Assembly: GCA_965212015.1 (NCBI GenBank)
Contig: OZ243037.1
Coordinates: forward strand, 864,001 to 928,000
Direction: 5' to 3'
Origin: Cenarchaeum sp.
GTDB lineage: Archaea; Thermoproteota; Nitrososphaeria; Nitrososphaerales; Nitrosopumilaceae
DNA length: 64,000 nucleotides
Numbering within the stretch: the stretch's first letter is position 1; every line of letters starts with the position of its first letter. Below are positions 24,801 to 34,514 of this stretch, in pieces. The position numbers and the translations under genes are program-made. The notes below the pieces were generated by a model, which saw nothing but the letters and a program-made list of their open reading frames with translations, was not told the origin of the DNA and did not search any database.

Positions 24801-26188
24801 GATGCTATTCCCACTATATCGGTGGCATTGGGCCGGATTAGCTCTATTGTGTTATGCTCCGGATGTACTGCCTCCATTGTTATGTCGACAATCTCTGACA
24901 CCTCCGGGCTTGTTGAATCTATAACGGTTACAATCTGCTGTGCGACTGCCAGGTTTCCTGCGCCGTCAATGGCAGTCCAGATTACGGTATTTTCCCCCAG
25001 TGAAAACTCTGCCGGCGCATTATGTACAAGCGACTTTATGCCGCTCTCATCTCTGGCAGTTGCCTGGCCCACTATTAGCGCGGTGAGCGGTCCTGTCGCC
25101 TCTATTGTCAGGTCGTTTGGCGGGATAATCTCGGGCTTTGTCAGATCGCCTGCAACCGGCTGTATTGCTTTTGGTGCGGGCTGTTTCGTTTCCTGCGATT
25201 CTAGTTGTGCGGGTATTTGCCGTACTGTTTCTTGCACCGGCGTTTTGCCTGCAACGGGCGTGGAGAATTTCTGTATGCGGTCCACGTTGGAATCTACCAC
25301 GTACAGGTCGCCATTCCCGTCAAGCGCAAGGTCAGTCGGCACCTGGAACTCGCCGGATCTTATCCCGCCGTTGCCCCAGATTGCAAGCGACGTTCCCTGC
25401 GAATCAAGCCTCAGTATGCGGTTGTGCGCCGTGTCTGCCACGTACAGGTTGCCCTCGGGATCCGCGTGCAGCCCGCCGGCGGCGACTGCTATTCCGCCGA
25501 CGCTTGAATCGATGACCTTTAGCAGGTTGCCGTCAGAATCGAATTTTTTTATGTTGCTGTTTTCAGTGTCGCTGACTAGCACGTTAGAGTCTGCGTCTAT
25601 GGTGATTCCCGCAGGCGATCGGAATCCGTCCCTGCCGTACTCTCCTGCACCAAACTCTGCAAGATGCTCGCCTTCTGTGGTAAACTTTTGGACGCGGTCG
25701 TTTCCGGCATCCACCACATACACGTCCCCGTTGCTATTCACCGCGACGCCCTCTGGCGACATGAACTCCCCGGGACTGCGCCCGCTTGTCCCCCATTGTG
25801 AGATGTAATTGCCATACTCGTCAAACGTCTGTATCCTGTTTAGTGCGGAATCTGCCACGTGTATGGTATGGTTTGCCCCCGTTGCGATTCCGGACGGGGA
25901 ATGGAACTGCCCGTTGTCCGAGCCGTATGCCCCCCATCCCCCAATCAGCGTGCCGTTGCCGTCGAACTTTTGTACGCGCGCATTTCCCGCGTCAGTCACG
26001 TATATGGAGCCGTCCGGATCTATTGCAATGTTTTTCGGGCCGGCAAACTCGCCGGGCTCTATTCCGTGATCGCCCCACTGTAAGATAAAGGGGTGGCTGA
26101 CGCTGCCATACGCGAGGCCCGGGGCTGCCAGTACTAATAATACCATAAATGGTGTAATTCTCAATGCCAATACGTCCAGATATGGCAA
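21830..26188 (-). CDS. large secreted NHL-repeat, HYR-repeat and RTX-type Ca-binding protein
   Basis: N-terminal NHL beta-propeller (DAGNxRVQKF), about 13 HYR-like DTTPP...VTW units, C-terminal GGxGxD repeats. Confidence 0.9.
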   Translation of the reverse strand: MPYLDVLALRITPFMVLLVLAAPGLAYGSVSHPFILQWGDHGIEPGEFAGPKNIAIDPDGSIYVTDAGNARVQKFDGNGTLIGGWGAYGSDNGQFHSPSGIATGANHTIHVADSALNRIQTFDEYGNYISQWGTSGRSPGEFMSPEGVAVNSNGDVYVVDAGNDRVQKFTTEGEHLAEFGAGEYGRDGFRSPAGITIDADSNVLVSDTENSNIKKFDSDGNLLKVIDSSVGGIAVAAGGLHADPEGNLYVADTAHNRILRLDSQGTSLAIWGNGGIRSGEFQVPTDLALDGNGDLYVVDSNVDRIQKFSTPVAGKTPVQETVRQIPAQLESQETKQPAPKAIQPVAGDLTKPEIIPPNDLTIEATGPLTALIVGQATARDESGIKSLVHNAPAEFSLGENTVIWTAIDGAGNLAVAQQIVTVIDSTSPEVSEIVDITMEAVHPEHNTIELIRPNATDIVGIASISNDAPESFPIGRTAVTWTITDIAGNTAFAVQRVDITDTTVPRITAPQDILYEAESPENTIELGKPRVTDSGLITSVTSNAPPTFGLGNTTVTWTAADSAGNTATAKQLVTIQDTTPPQITAPDDITSEAVSADSNVLDTGLPDVADIQAVSITSDAPASFLLGDTMVTWTATDAGGNAARAIQIVSIVDTTPPVAQIKNVVAEAKGPDNAVNLGNITASDATGIAQITSDAPESFPLGDTIVTWTILDDYANAASVIQTVTVIDTTPPAITAPADVISEAIGAENLVELGVPEASDAIGVVTVTSDAPASYMIGATTVTWSATDTSGNSASDVQTVLITDTTPPQITAPQNVTAEAAGPDGATPLIGDATATDGAGASIITNDAPDMFPIGSTMVTWTGTDSHGNAATAVQEIIVTDTIPPVIVPPSDITHEATGPLSIIDAGFAAAEDAVGIKYIQNDAPESFPPGRTVITWTAGDAAGNTAQAVQTITITDTVPPEIAPPADITLESISLDNAIPLKDAAASDIVGVESVTSDAPESFQLGSTVITWTALDSAGNSASAEQTVTITDTTPPTVTAPANVRQEAIPDGNAIQLLEPIANDIYSMTITNDAPELFMPGQTTVTWSVEDASQNTATARQTVTITDTTPPVIEAPPDLILEASSVSGNTADIGVAVADDIVGVLSVSNDAPAAFPYGLTVVTWNATDGQNSAAATQMVTVIDTTPPEITPPADITVQATTLGANQIDIGTADAADIIGIESLYNDAPELFPLGNTTVIWTATDQDGNAASITQTVSVIDTAPPELAIPHDIIIDATSLDTAVDIGNATVTDLTDPNPTVTHDAPELFPLGLTVITWTGTDVLGNTISHTQNIDVQACGRPIEYYNTIQSSPADDVITGTPLPDLVFALGGDDTVSGHGGNDCIFGGEGDDIIFGQQGDDGIRGGGGNDILKGNSGNDSISGGSGTDVIDGGDDYDTCHAGTGDVQVKCES

Positions 26189-26236
26189 AAAGATCTCCCG
26201 TGTGAGTAATTTTTGCAGTTTTTGTCAATTTTTGGA

Positions 26237-27013
26237 TCAGAACGGCTTGTTTACCTCGCGCGTAAAGACGTAACTGGCAATTCCCACCATACACACGACA
26301 AATACGGCAATTATCCCTATGCTCAGTACGGCAGAGACCCCCTCTGTCACCCCCGTCATGAGCTCGCGGACCAGCAATACTGCGTATGTGACAGGATTGA
26401 GCTGTGCGGCAAAGGCAAGCCAGTCGGGGAGCAGCTCGAGCGGAAAGAGGGCCGGACTAAGCATGAACAGCGGCATGCCCAGAAAGTTTATCATGGCCCA
26501 GAATGTCTCTTGTGACTTTGTGACTGCGGCCACGGTGACTGAGATTCCCGAAAAGCCCAGCGAGAATAGCACCACTATCACCATGATGGGGGCGATTGCG
26601 AAAATGTCGGGAAACCTCACCCCTATTGCAAGGGCGATTCCTATTATGAGGCTGGCCTGGAGCGCCGCAATCATTGATATTGCAAGCATTTTTCCCAGTG
26701 CGATAGACGAGCGCGAGACAGGCGAGGTGAGCGCCTTGTTCATGAATCCGTAGCGCCTGTCCCATAGGGTGTTGACGCCGCCAAATATGCTCGTAAATAT
26801 GGCAGTCAGCACTATGATTCCCGGCGTCATAAACTCGATGTACTGGCCCTCAAAGCCCACCGACTGTATCAGGGACTGCGTTCCCGCAAAGGTGTTTCCC
26901 ACCACTATAATCCAGATTGCCGGCTGTATGAGCCGTATGAGCACGCCGCTGCGCGACTTTTTGTAGCGCTTCATCTCGCGCCAGAATATCGTGTACGTGT
27001 CGGAGAGTATCAT
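26237..27013 (-). CDS. ABC-2 type transporter permease
   Basis: Six hydrophobic helices; PxWL...NPVTYAV motif. Confidence 0.92.
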   Translation of the reverse strand: MILSDTYTIFWREMKRYKKSRSGVLIRLIQPAIWIIVVGNTFAGTQSLIQSVGFEGQYIEFMTPGIIVLTAIFTSIFGGVNTLWDRRYGFMNKALTSPVSRSSIALGKMLAISMIAALQASLIIGIALAIGVRFPDIFAIAPIMVIVVLFSLGFSGISVTVAAVTKSQETFWAMINFLGMPLFMLSPALFPLELLPDWLAFAAQLNPVTYAVLLVRELMTGVTEGVSAVLSIGIIAVFVVCMVGIASYVFTREVNKPF

Positions 27014-27993
27014 GCCCCCATCCTCTTTATCCTTGCGTGCTCTTTTTTGCGGTCGTATCTTCCCGACTCGCGGAGGTTGCGGCCCGTATACGATATGAAT
27101 ACGTCATCCAGGGTAGGCTGCGTCATGGAGATGGAGCGTATGGTGACGTGTGATCGTGCCGCCAGCTCGAATATCTTTGGGATTGCGACTGTGGCCTTTG
27201 AGGCAAAGACGGTGATTGTTCCGTCCTGCTCTATTATATCTGTCACCTGCGGAAGGTCTCTTATTTTTGATCCAAGGTTTGTATCGTCTGTTGTGATGTT
27301 TATCGCCTCGCGCCCCAGGGCGGCCTTCATGTTTTGCGGCGTGTCCATTACCTGTATTTTGCCGTGATCAATGATTCCCACCTTACCGCACAGCTTGTCT
27401 GCCTCCTCCATATAGTGGGTGGATACGAATATGGACGTGCCGAATTCCTTGTTTATCTTTTTGATATACTCCCAGATCTTTTGCCTGGTCTGTATGTCAA
27501 GTCCTACTGTCGGCTCGTCAAGGAACAATACCTTTGGCATGTGGAGCAGGCCGCCGGCAATGTCAAGCCGCTTTCGCATGCCGCCAGAATACGTCAGTAC
27601 GGCGTCGTGCTGCCTGTTTTTGAGCTCGATCAGGTCCAGTACGGCGTCTATTCTCCGGTCGATGGTATCATTCGGTATGTGGTTTAGCTTTGCAAGAAAG
27701 CGCAAATTTTCCCTTCCCGTCAGAAACTCGTCGACTGCCGTCTCTTGCTGTACGTACCCGATGTTCTGCCTTACCATGCCCGGATGGGTACGGACGTCGT
27801 ACCCGCAGACTAGCGCCTGCCCGGAGGTGGGCTTTAGCAGGGTGGTGAGTATCATCATTGTGGTGCTCTTGCCTGCGCCGTTGGGGCCCAAAAACCCGAA
27901 TATCTCGCCCTGTTCTACTCCAAAGGATACGTCGTCTATGGCCGTATTGTCGCCGAATTTTTTTGTGAGCGATTTGGTCTGTATGGAATACAA
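27010..27993 (-). CDS. ABC transporter ATP-binding protein (DrrA-like)
   Basis: GPNGAGKST, YSGGMRKRL, LFLDEPT. Confidence 0.95.
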   Translation of the reverse strand: MYSIQTKSLTKKFGDNTAIDDVSFGVEQGEIFGFLGPNGAGKSTTMMILTTLLKPTSGQALVCGYDVRTHPGMVRQNIGYVQQETAVDEFLTGRENLRFLAKLNHIPNDTIDRRIDAVLDLIELKNRQHDAVLTYSGGMRKRLDIAGGLLHMPKVLFLDEPTVGLDIQTRQKIWEYIKKINKEFGTSIFVSTHYMEEADKLCGKVGIIDHGKIQVMDTPQNMKAALGREAINITTDDTNLGSKIRDLPQVTDIIEQDGTITVFASKATVAIPKIFELAARSHVTIRSISMTQPTLDDVFISYTGRNLRESGRYDRKKEHARIKRMGA

Positions 27994-28031
27994 TGCGGAT
28001 TTGTATGATTTGGAATTATAAATTGCTAACA

Positions 28032-28439
28032 CTAGCGCTTTGGCCACATGAGGTTCCAGGTCTCGGCGAATTTACCCATCATATCGCCGTACGACTTTAG
28101 CTGGTCCATTCCCGAGGATGTCAGCGACTTTTGCCAGTTTTCTGCAAACTGTTTGTAGGCGTCTGTGGTGGACTCGTTTATGGCCTTTTGCCAGCCGTCT
28201 CCGAACTGCTTGAATGCGTCCATGTCTGCCGTACTCATTGCCTTTTTCCAGTTGTCGCCGAACTGCTTCATGGTGTCAGATGACGACTCTTTTGCGGCCT
28301 TTTCTATCACCCGGTTAAAGTTTGCCTGCATTTCTGCGCCTGCCTTTTGGATGGACTCGAACATTTGCTTCCAGGTCTCAAAGGACTTTGTATAGTCGTC
28401 CCAGAGCTTTTGCCAGTCGTTTGGCGGCTGTTTGGACAT
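28032..28439 (-). CDS. helical repeat hypothetical protein (phasin/PhaE-like composition)
   Basis: KQFGDNWKK / KQFGDGWQK / KQFAENWQK repeats. Confidence 0.7.
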   Translation of the reverse strand: MSKQPPNDWQKLWDDYTKSFETWKQMFESIQKAGAEMQANFNRVIEKAAKESSSDTMKQFGDNWKKAMSTADMDAFKQFGDGWQKAINESTTDAYKQFAENWQKSLTSSGMDQLKSYGDMMGKFAETWNLMWPKR

Positions 28440-28473
28440 GGGAATTGTCTGATGTTCTGACTCATAAATGATT

Positions 28474-28923
28474 CTATGGGCATACCTGTATCTCATCCAG
28501 ACTTGCCCTGTTTATGTGAAAAAACGTGGCCTTTTTTGCTGACATGTCAAATCGTCTCATAAGCTTTCCGATATACGACATGTGATATTTTATTCTGGTC
28601 TTTTTTGCAATGATCTTCCACATCTCATCGGAGGTAACATCTTGATTGTCGGGATGACTCACTACCTTTTCGAGTGATTTCATCGGGATTATCGGCGGTG
28701 CTCCGAATCTGGGACGGGTGGAAAGGCCTTCCAGGCAATCCTCGTCGCAGCGTGTTGTCCATTTTGCAACCCAGCTTGGCGCGCACATCATTTGAATTGC
28801 CGTCTGGCGCTAGGTTATGTTGCAAGATTTGCGCATGTGTACCACTATTATCCGTTCACGTATGTCCGGATCTTTTTCCATGTCTCGCGCATGTCTTAGC
28901 TCATCAATCTGTCGTTGTGTCAT
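28474..28923 (-). mobile_element. IS630-family transposase remnant (N-terminal HTH part, internal stop, no DDE domain)
   Basis: IRERIIVV...(TAG at 28810-28812)...WVAKW...GLSTRPRFGAPP...IKYHMSYIGKLMRRFDMSAKK. Confidence 0.75.
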
Positions 28924-29214
28924 GTGTGTGCTACGAATCGATGATCAATATAGTTTTCGGCCACACGCTTGTTTTAGATCTCGAACTTTGGATTGAGACT
29001 GTATGTTCTGAGTACTGATGACCTGCCTTCTGAGCTGGCTCAAATAGAGCCAGAACAGAGCAGAAAGGCTGCAAGAATTTCTAGGGATGATCTAATTGAT
29101 TACTATCGTAACCGGTTAGATCCCGTGCCTGTAGATCCAAATATCCCTCTTGAGCCTAACCTGTTACCTACTATCTATAGATATAGTAATATTAGGGTTA
29201 ATACAATAACTCTC

Positions 29215-29340
29215 ATGAATTCCATCAAGTGTAAATGTGGACATGATGTAAATCAACATGGTCCTTTTAATAATGGAAATCACATCAATGCTTGTAAGGA
29301 ATGTGATTGTTCAGGCTATAATCCTTCGGATCTACAATAA
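29215..29340 (+). CDS. 41-aa Cys/His zinc-binding microprotein
   Basis: MNSIKCKCGHDVNQH...ACKECDCSGY. Confidence 0.55.
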   Translation: MNSIKCKCGHDVNQHGPFNNGNHINACKECDCSGYNPSDLQ

Positions 29341-29431
29341 AATAAGGATCTAATAAATATTTAGCCTTAACAAAAAATTTGCGACACATTCTCAAACCAA
29401 AATTTGAGATCAATGATTCAAATAGATTGAA

Positions 29432-29513
29432 AATTGATCATCATCATACAATATAGAATTGATCATCATCATACAATATAGAATTGATCATCATCATACA
29501 ATATAGAATTGAT
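29432..29513. repeat. 25-bp tandem repeat x3.3
   Basis: aattgatcatcatcatacaatatag at 29432, 29457, 29482 and partial at 29507. Confidence 0.9.
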
Positions 29514-29627
29514 ATAACAATGAATAGAGTCAAAATATGATGTAAAACTTATCTTTAATCATAACTTAAAATTCACATTTTAGATCTAGACTGTAAAGTT
29601 TATCAAAATATATCAAATATTTTCAAT

Positions 29628-30320
29628 TCAATCTAATAGATAATGATTTTGTTGCAACCATGTTTTTCTTATCTCATAATCAGGCATTATTCTACCTAGC
29701 AGATTCCAAAATGATTGGTCATGGTTTGGAATTTTAAGATGACATAATTCATGTATGATGACATAATCGATGATTTTCCTTGGTGCACGGATTAGTTTCT
29801 GATTGATTGTAAGTGTATCTGACTTACTGATTCCTCCCCATTTTGTATTTAAGGGTTTTATTAAAATCTCAGATGGGAATAATTTAATTAATTTTGAATA
29901 TTTTTTGATCCATTTTTCAAATAATAAAGTAGCTTTTTGTTTTTCCCAATCTAGATATAATTTGCGTATGTTACTACTTGTTGTATTATCTAAACTAGCA
30001 TTAAATATTCCATTCTTTAATTCAAAATGATTAGATGATGATTTGATAATCTTGAGTGTATACCATTTTCCAAGATATGGAATTTTTGATTTATCAGCAT
30101 ATGTGATTTTAGATGTTGTATAATCTTGAATTTCAAGCTGTTTTTTGAAAATCCATCTTGAATGGCTTTGGATCTCATCATGTATGGTTTTTTGACTTTT
30201 TATATCAGATGCCAGTACTTTAACTCCCGATTTACCGACAAGAATCTCTGTTGTATTTCTTTTACGTAATATTATTCTGTAAGGAATTTTTGTCTTTCCA
30301 AAAATTATATAATTCATCAT
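29628..30320 (-). CDS. YgjP/M48-like (DUF45) metallo-hydrolase associated with type I R-M
   Basis: KWG...IDYVIIHELCHLKIPNHDQSFW; start overlaps the hsdR stop (ATGA). Confidence 0.9.
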   Translation of the reverse strand: MMNYIIFGKTKIPYRIILRKRNTTEILVGKSGVKVLASDIKSQKTIHDEIQSHSRWIFKKQLEIQDYTTSKITYADKSKIPYLGKWYTLKIIKSSSNHFELKNGIFNASLDNTTSSNIRKLYLDWEKQKATLLFEKWIKKYSKLIKLFPSEILIKPLNTKWGGISKSDTLTINQKLIRAPRKIIDYVIIHELCHLKIPNHDQSFWNLLGRIMPDYEIRKTWLQQNHYLLD

Positions 30321-33271
30321 TGATTCGCCTTCATCAATTTTACAATTTCTATGGCAAGTGATTGGGTTTTGTCAAAATCTAAACTTTGTTCACGTAGTAT
30401 ATCTTTGATCTTTGCTCGCATCTCTTTTTGTATATTTTCTTTTTCCGGCCAATTACTTACTTGCAATAGTTCTAAATTCTTGGAGATTGTCATGGTTAAT
30501 TCTTTGGATTTTTCATCATCAAATGCGTTTTGAAGACTGCTATATATGGAGAATTGTATTTTGGTCAACCCTTCATCTGATGCTCGTTTACCTTCAGAAA
30601 ATAATTTTTGTAGCAGTTTCTGTAACTGGTTAAATGATTGTGCATCCTCAAACTTTGTATTTTTTAAATTTTCGATGATCTCTTCTAGTCTTTGTTTTAG
30701 TGATTTGTAATATGCAGGATTTGTTGATTCATTTTTTTCTATTACTTTTCGTGCCTTTTTTATAATTATACTTGATCTAGTCTTTACAGAACCATAGGAT
30801 TTGATCAGTTTGATGAAATTTGTATTATCAATCTTGGTAGGAGGAATGAGTTGAATGGATTCTTCAGCACTAATTACATCTTTGATCAATTTTTTTACTT
30901 TTTCGCCTATCTCTTGCAAATTTAGATTTTCATCATAAAAGGCAGTCCTAGCAGCTGCCCTTGTTTTTGCCAAAAATTTCAAGTCATCTTGATATTTAAG
31001 TGCCTCAGGATCCGGCAGCACTAAATCCATGTATTTAGAAAATTCTTTAAAATCGTGTTCAAATGATTCCCTCGTATCTTCAGGGGTCAGGATTTCGATC
31101 AGGGCATCAAGGTCATTTCTATTCATATTAGTAAAATATGACATTGCTTTATCACACCAAATTTTTAATTTTAAATGTGCATCTTCGAATGTTTTTAAAA
31201 TCTGTTTTATCTCGATATTTGCATCTTCATCTATATCATACATTTGATACGCCTCTGCCAAATTCCCAGAGATTCCCCAAAAATCAACAATCATCCCATG
31301 TGTTTTTTTTACTCCATGTGGACGATTTACCCTAGCTATTGCCTGAAGTAGAGTATGTTCCTTAAGCCCTTGATCAAGATACATTGTCTGTAGAATCGGC
31401 GCATCAAATCCTGTAAGTAGCATATCTACTACAATTAGAATCGACAGGGACTCATCCTTTATTGAAAGCTTGAATTTTTCCACATATTGTTCCTTGACTC
31501 TGTCTGTTAATTCATATTTGTCCCAACCATATTTTTTGTCAGTAGGCATAGATGTCATTATGATTCTAGATTCTGGCGCTTCTAGGTCATCAAGTGCTTT
31601 TTTATATAGGACTGCAGCTCCTCTTGATGGCGCCACAATCATTGCTTTAAGACCATTAGGATAGACATGTTTTTCATAGTGATCCACTATTGCTTCTGCC
31701 ACTCTTTTGATTCTGTTAGGTGCAGAAGCTATAGCAGTCTTGTTCGCATATTTTTTCCTTGAAATTTCACGTGTCTTTTCATCAACATTTTTTGTTATTT
31801 CTGCAAATCTTTTTTCAATGGATTCTCCTTGTACATGCATATCACTGAATCTCCCTTCATAGTAAATTGGAAGAGTAGCACCATCTGCCTCCGATTCTGA
31901 AATTTTATAGGTATCAATATAAGTTCCAAAGCTATCCTGAGTTTTATCATTCTTTATTAAAGGTGTTCCAGTATATGCAAAAAATATGGCATTGGGAAGT
32001 GCCGCACGCATTGTGGCATTTGTGAGACCGTATTGTGATCGATGTCCTTCATCCACCAAAACAAAACAGGATTCATCGGACACAGGATGAGGTTTCTCAT
32101 CTTTAAAGAATGGAAATTTAAATACCGTACTCATTATGGTTTTTCCTCTATTGTTTTCTATCATTTCTTTTAGATTGTCCCGATCTTTAGCTCGAACTGG
32201 GGTTGGAAATCCACATGATTTGAAAGTGTTATGAATTTGTTTATCTAGTTGTTTTCTATCTGTTACGATCAACACTGTGGGATTTTCATATAATCGTTTT
32301 AATTTTAATGCCAACCAAAACATAGTAAGTGATTTTCCAGAGCCTTGAGTATGCCAGATCACACCGCCTCTTTCAACCGGAATTTTTCCTGTATCTATCC
32401 TTCGAATTGTTTTTTGTACAGCTCTGAACTGCTGATATTTAGCAATTTTCTTGGTTTTTTCACCTTCTTCTATTTGGAAAACAGTAAAACTTTTTACCAA
32501 TTCCAATAAGTTTTTTTTTGTAAGCATTCCATCGATTAAGATTTCTTGCTGTCGTGATCTATTCTTTTGTTTGATATTTTCTAACGGATATGAATCTTTC
32601 CATTCTCTGTAGTTGTGAGATGATGCAAAGGTTGGAGCATATCTTGCCTTAAGTCCACATGTTGCAACTAGGATTTGTACATAGTAAAATAGACTCTCAT
32701 ATCCTGTTTTAGGCTGCTGATATCGATACAGATTGTTGTTTATCGCCTCACTAAGTGGATTTGATATATATGGTGATTTGCATTCTATTACCACTAATGG
32801 TATTCCATTAACAAATATTACAATATCTGGAAGTATGTCATTTTTGTACCCTTTGAGGAAGTATTGATTTGTTACAAAAAAGTCATTTTTTTCGATCTTT
32901 TCAAAATCAATAATTTTTACAGTACGTGGCTTGTTGCCATCACCAAGGTTTTGCATTACAGTGATTGGTCGTAATCGGCCTGTAGAGAGCCCTATTATTC
33001 TTGCATGTATTATTTCATTTGCGTCAATCGCAATATTGCTATCAAATTTTTTAAATTCTCTTACAACATCGTCAATTCCCTGATCATCGATCCAGGGATT
33101 TAGACGTAATATTGCCTTCTCAAATCTATCAATTAAGAGGGGCTCTAGATCAGACTTGCGTGTTTTGTCCAATTCTGACCTAGTTTTATATTCAAATCCA
33201 AGCTGTTTTAGCTGCTCTATTGCAGGCATTTCTGATTGTTCCTTTTCAGGACCATGTTCTTGTACACTCAT
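30317..33271 (-). CDS. hsdR: type I restriction enzyme R subunit
   Basis: PDIVIFVNGIPLVVIECK nuclease, HTQGSGKS, DEGHRSQ, YTGTP and MLLTGFDAP helicase motifs. Confidence 0.97.
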   Translation of the reverse strand: MSVQEHGPEKEQSEMPAIEQLKQLGFEYKTRSELDKTRKSDLEPLLIDRFEKAILRLNPWIDDQGIDDVVREFKKFDSNIAIDANEIIHARIIGLSTGRLRPITVMQNLGDGNKPRTVKIIDFEKIEKNDFFVTNQYFLKGYKNDILPDIVIFVNGIPLVVIECKSPYISNPLSEAINNNLYRYQQPKTGYESLFYYVQILVATCGLKARYAPTFASSHNYREWKDSYPLENIKQKNRSRQQEILIDGMLTKKNLLELVKSFTVFQIEEGEKTKKIAKYQQFRAVQKTIRRIDTGKIPVERGGVIWHTQGSGKSLTMFWLALKLKRLYENPTVLIVTDRKQLDKQIHNTFKSCGFPTPVRAKDRDNLKEMIENNRGKTIMSTVFKFPFFKDEKPHPVSDESCFVLVDEGHRSQYGLTNATMRAALPNAIFFAYTGTPLIKNDKTQDSFGTYIDTYKISESEADGATLPIYYEGRFSDMHVQGESIEKRFAEITKNVDEKTREISRKKYANKTAIASAPNRIKRVAEAIVDHYEKHVYPNGLKAMIVAPSRGAAVLYKKALDDLEAPESRIIMTSMPTDKKYGWDKYELTDRVKEQYVEKFKLSIKDESLSILIVVDMLLTGFDAPILQTMYLDQGLKEHTLLQAIARVNRPHGVKKTHGMIVDFWGISGNLAEAYQMYDIDEDANIEIKQILKTFEDAHLKLKIWCDKAMSYFTNMNRNDLDALIEILTPEDTRESFEHDFKEFSKYMDLVLPDPEALKYQDDLKFLAKTRAAARTAFYDENLNLQEIGEKVKKLIKDVISAEESIQLIPPTKIDNTNFIKLIKSYGSVKTRSSIIIKKARKVIEKNESTNPAYYKSLKQRLEEIIENLKNTKFEDAQSFNQLQKLLQKLFSEGKRASDEGLTKIQFSIYSSLQNAFDDEKSKELTMTISKNLELLQVSNWPEKENIQKEMRAKIKDILREQSLDFDKTQSLAIEIVKLMKANQ

Positions 33272-34458
33272 GTCTTTACACGTATCTTCCCAGTTAGAAG
33301 GTTTTGCATAAGTCCTTTTTTTAAACGTTCGAGTTTTTCTTTATATACTTGATTTTTTTGAATGTACGCATCAACTCCTGACAGAATTGATGCAATTTTT
33401 TGTTGTTCTTTAATGTTTTTAGGAACTTTTATTTTAAAAGAATGTAGATGATTTCTATTTAATGTAGGAACACTAGTTCCTGAATTGAATTTTTCGTAAT
33501 TTAAATTTTGAAGTAAATAAAAAACAAATTTTGGAAATGATGAACGAAATTCTTTTACATATAATGACGTATTCAATGGCCAATAATTTTCTACAACATA
33601 ATATGTTTTTCCTAAAGTGCCACTTCGTCCAATTATTACTCCAGGACCATTAGATTTGTATTTATTATGGTATCCAACAACACCATTTGAACCTATTACT
33701 GGAATTTTACCAATTTTACGTTCATGTTTTGGTAAATCATGACCTCTTTGAAGAAAAATTATAGAATCTAACCTAGAAAATTTAATCAATGAATTTTTAA
33801 TTCCTTTTGTGAGCAGCTGCTGCATCAGACCTTTTTTCAGCCTCTCGGTCTTTTCGATTATTCCTTGTGTGGATTCGATCAATGCATCAACATTAGAAAG
33901 AATTGATGCAATTTTTTGTTGTTCTGTAATATTGGGAATCGGAAGAATAATTTTTTTAACACTATTTAAATCTAAATGTAACACTGTGGTTCCAGCACTA
34001 AAAGAAAATGAACTTTTGTGAAAAAATTCACTAGAAAATAAATAAAATAGAAATTTTTTATATATTAATTTGGTGTTTATTTTACAATGAGCTGTATCCA
34101 TAGAATGAAAAACTTTCTTTATATTATGAAAATTTGGTATTATTAATGGAAATCCAATTACATTACCATCACGAGTTACATCAGTGATTGAGATCAGGAT
34201 TTCGTTTGTAGCTATTGAACATTTATTTGTCTTGCCAGTGAAATATATGATACCTTTATCTACAAATCCTCCTAATTTTTGAAAGCAATTGAGATTAATG
34301 AGAATATTGCCAATTTTTTCTGAATTGATTTCTTGGCTGCTGTAGCTTATTCCTCGAATTAATTCCATTAATTGATCGAGTTGAATAGTGTCATATTCCT
34401 CTGGGATTTTAATTTCCAAAAATCGTGGTTTAAGAACTAATTTCTTGAATTTTGCCAT
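33268..34458 (-). CDS. hsdS: type I R-M specificity subunit (two TRDs)
   Basis: Two TRDs, each followed by EQQKIASILS...LKKGLMQxLLT; stop overlaps the hsdR start. Confidence 0.95.
   Translation of the reverse strand: MAKFKKLVLKPRFLEIKIPEEYDTIQLDQLMELIRGISYSSQEINSEKIGNILINLNCFQKLGGFVDKGIIYFTGKTNKCSIATNEILISITDVTRDGNVIGFPLIIPNFHNIKKVFHSMDTAHCKINTKLIYKKFLFYLFSSEFFHKSSFSFSAGTTVLHLDLNSVKKIILPIPNITEQQKIASILSNVDALIESTQGIIEKTERLKKGLMQQLLTKGIKNSLIKFSRLDSIIFLQRGHDLPKHERKIGKIPVIGSNGVVGYHNKYKSNGPGVIIGRSGTLGKTYYVVENYWPLNTSLYVKEFRSSFPKFVFYLLQNLNYEKFNSGTSVPTLNRNHLHSFKIKVPKNIKEQQKIASILSGVDAYIQKNQVYKEKLERLKKGLMQNLLTGKIRVKT
33368..33402 (-). repeat. 35-bp inverted repeat, copy A (putative inversion site)
   Basis: Exact reverse complement of 36530-36564. 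Confidence 0.9.
33883..33918 (-). repeat. degenerate third copy (B) of the repeat, in the central conserved region of hsdS
   Basis: 20 bp identical to copies A and C, plus the GTTGATGCA arm; different 6-bp spacer (TTTCTA). Confidence 0.75.
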
Positions 34459-34486
34459 ATTTCCACCTTGTAGTCAGCACAACCCC

Positions 34487-34493
34487 TATAAAT
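34487..34493. promoter_or_regulatory. putative bidirectional TATA box for hsdM (+) and hsdS (-)
   Basis: TATAAAT lies 22 bp before the hsdM ATG (34515); the reverse TTTATA lies 28 bp before the hsdS ATG (34458). Confidence 0.55.
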
Positions 34494-34514
34494 CAGTTAA
34501 AAATATAATGGTTG

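Noticed and set aside
21909-26088. Long plus-strand ORFs opposite the HYR protein
   Set aside because: Antisense shadows of a repetitive, GC-rich coding strand
29432-29513. CRISPR array
   Set aside because: Head-to-tail 25-mers without spacers
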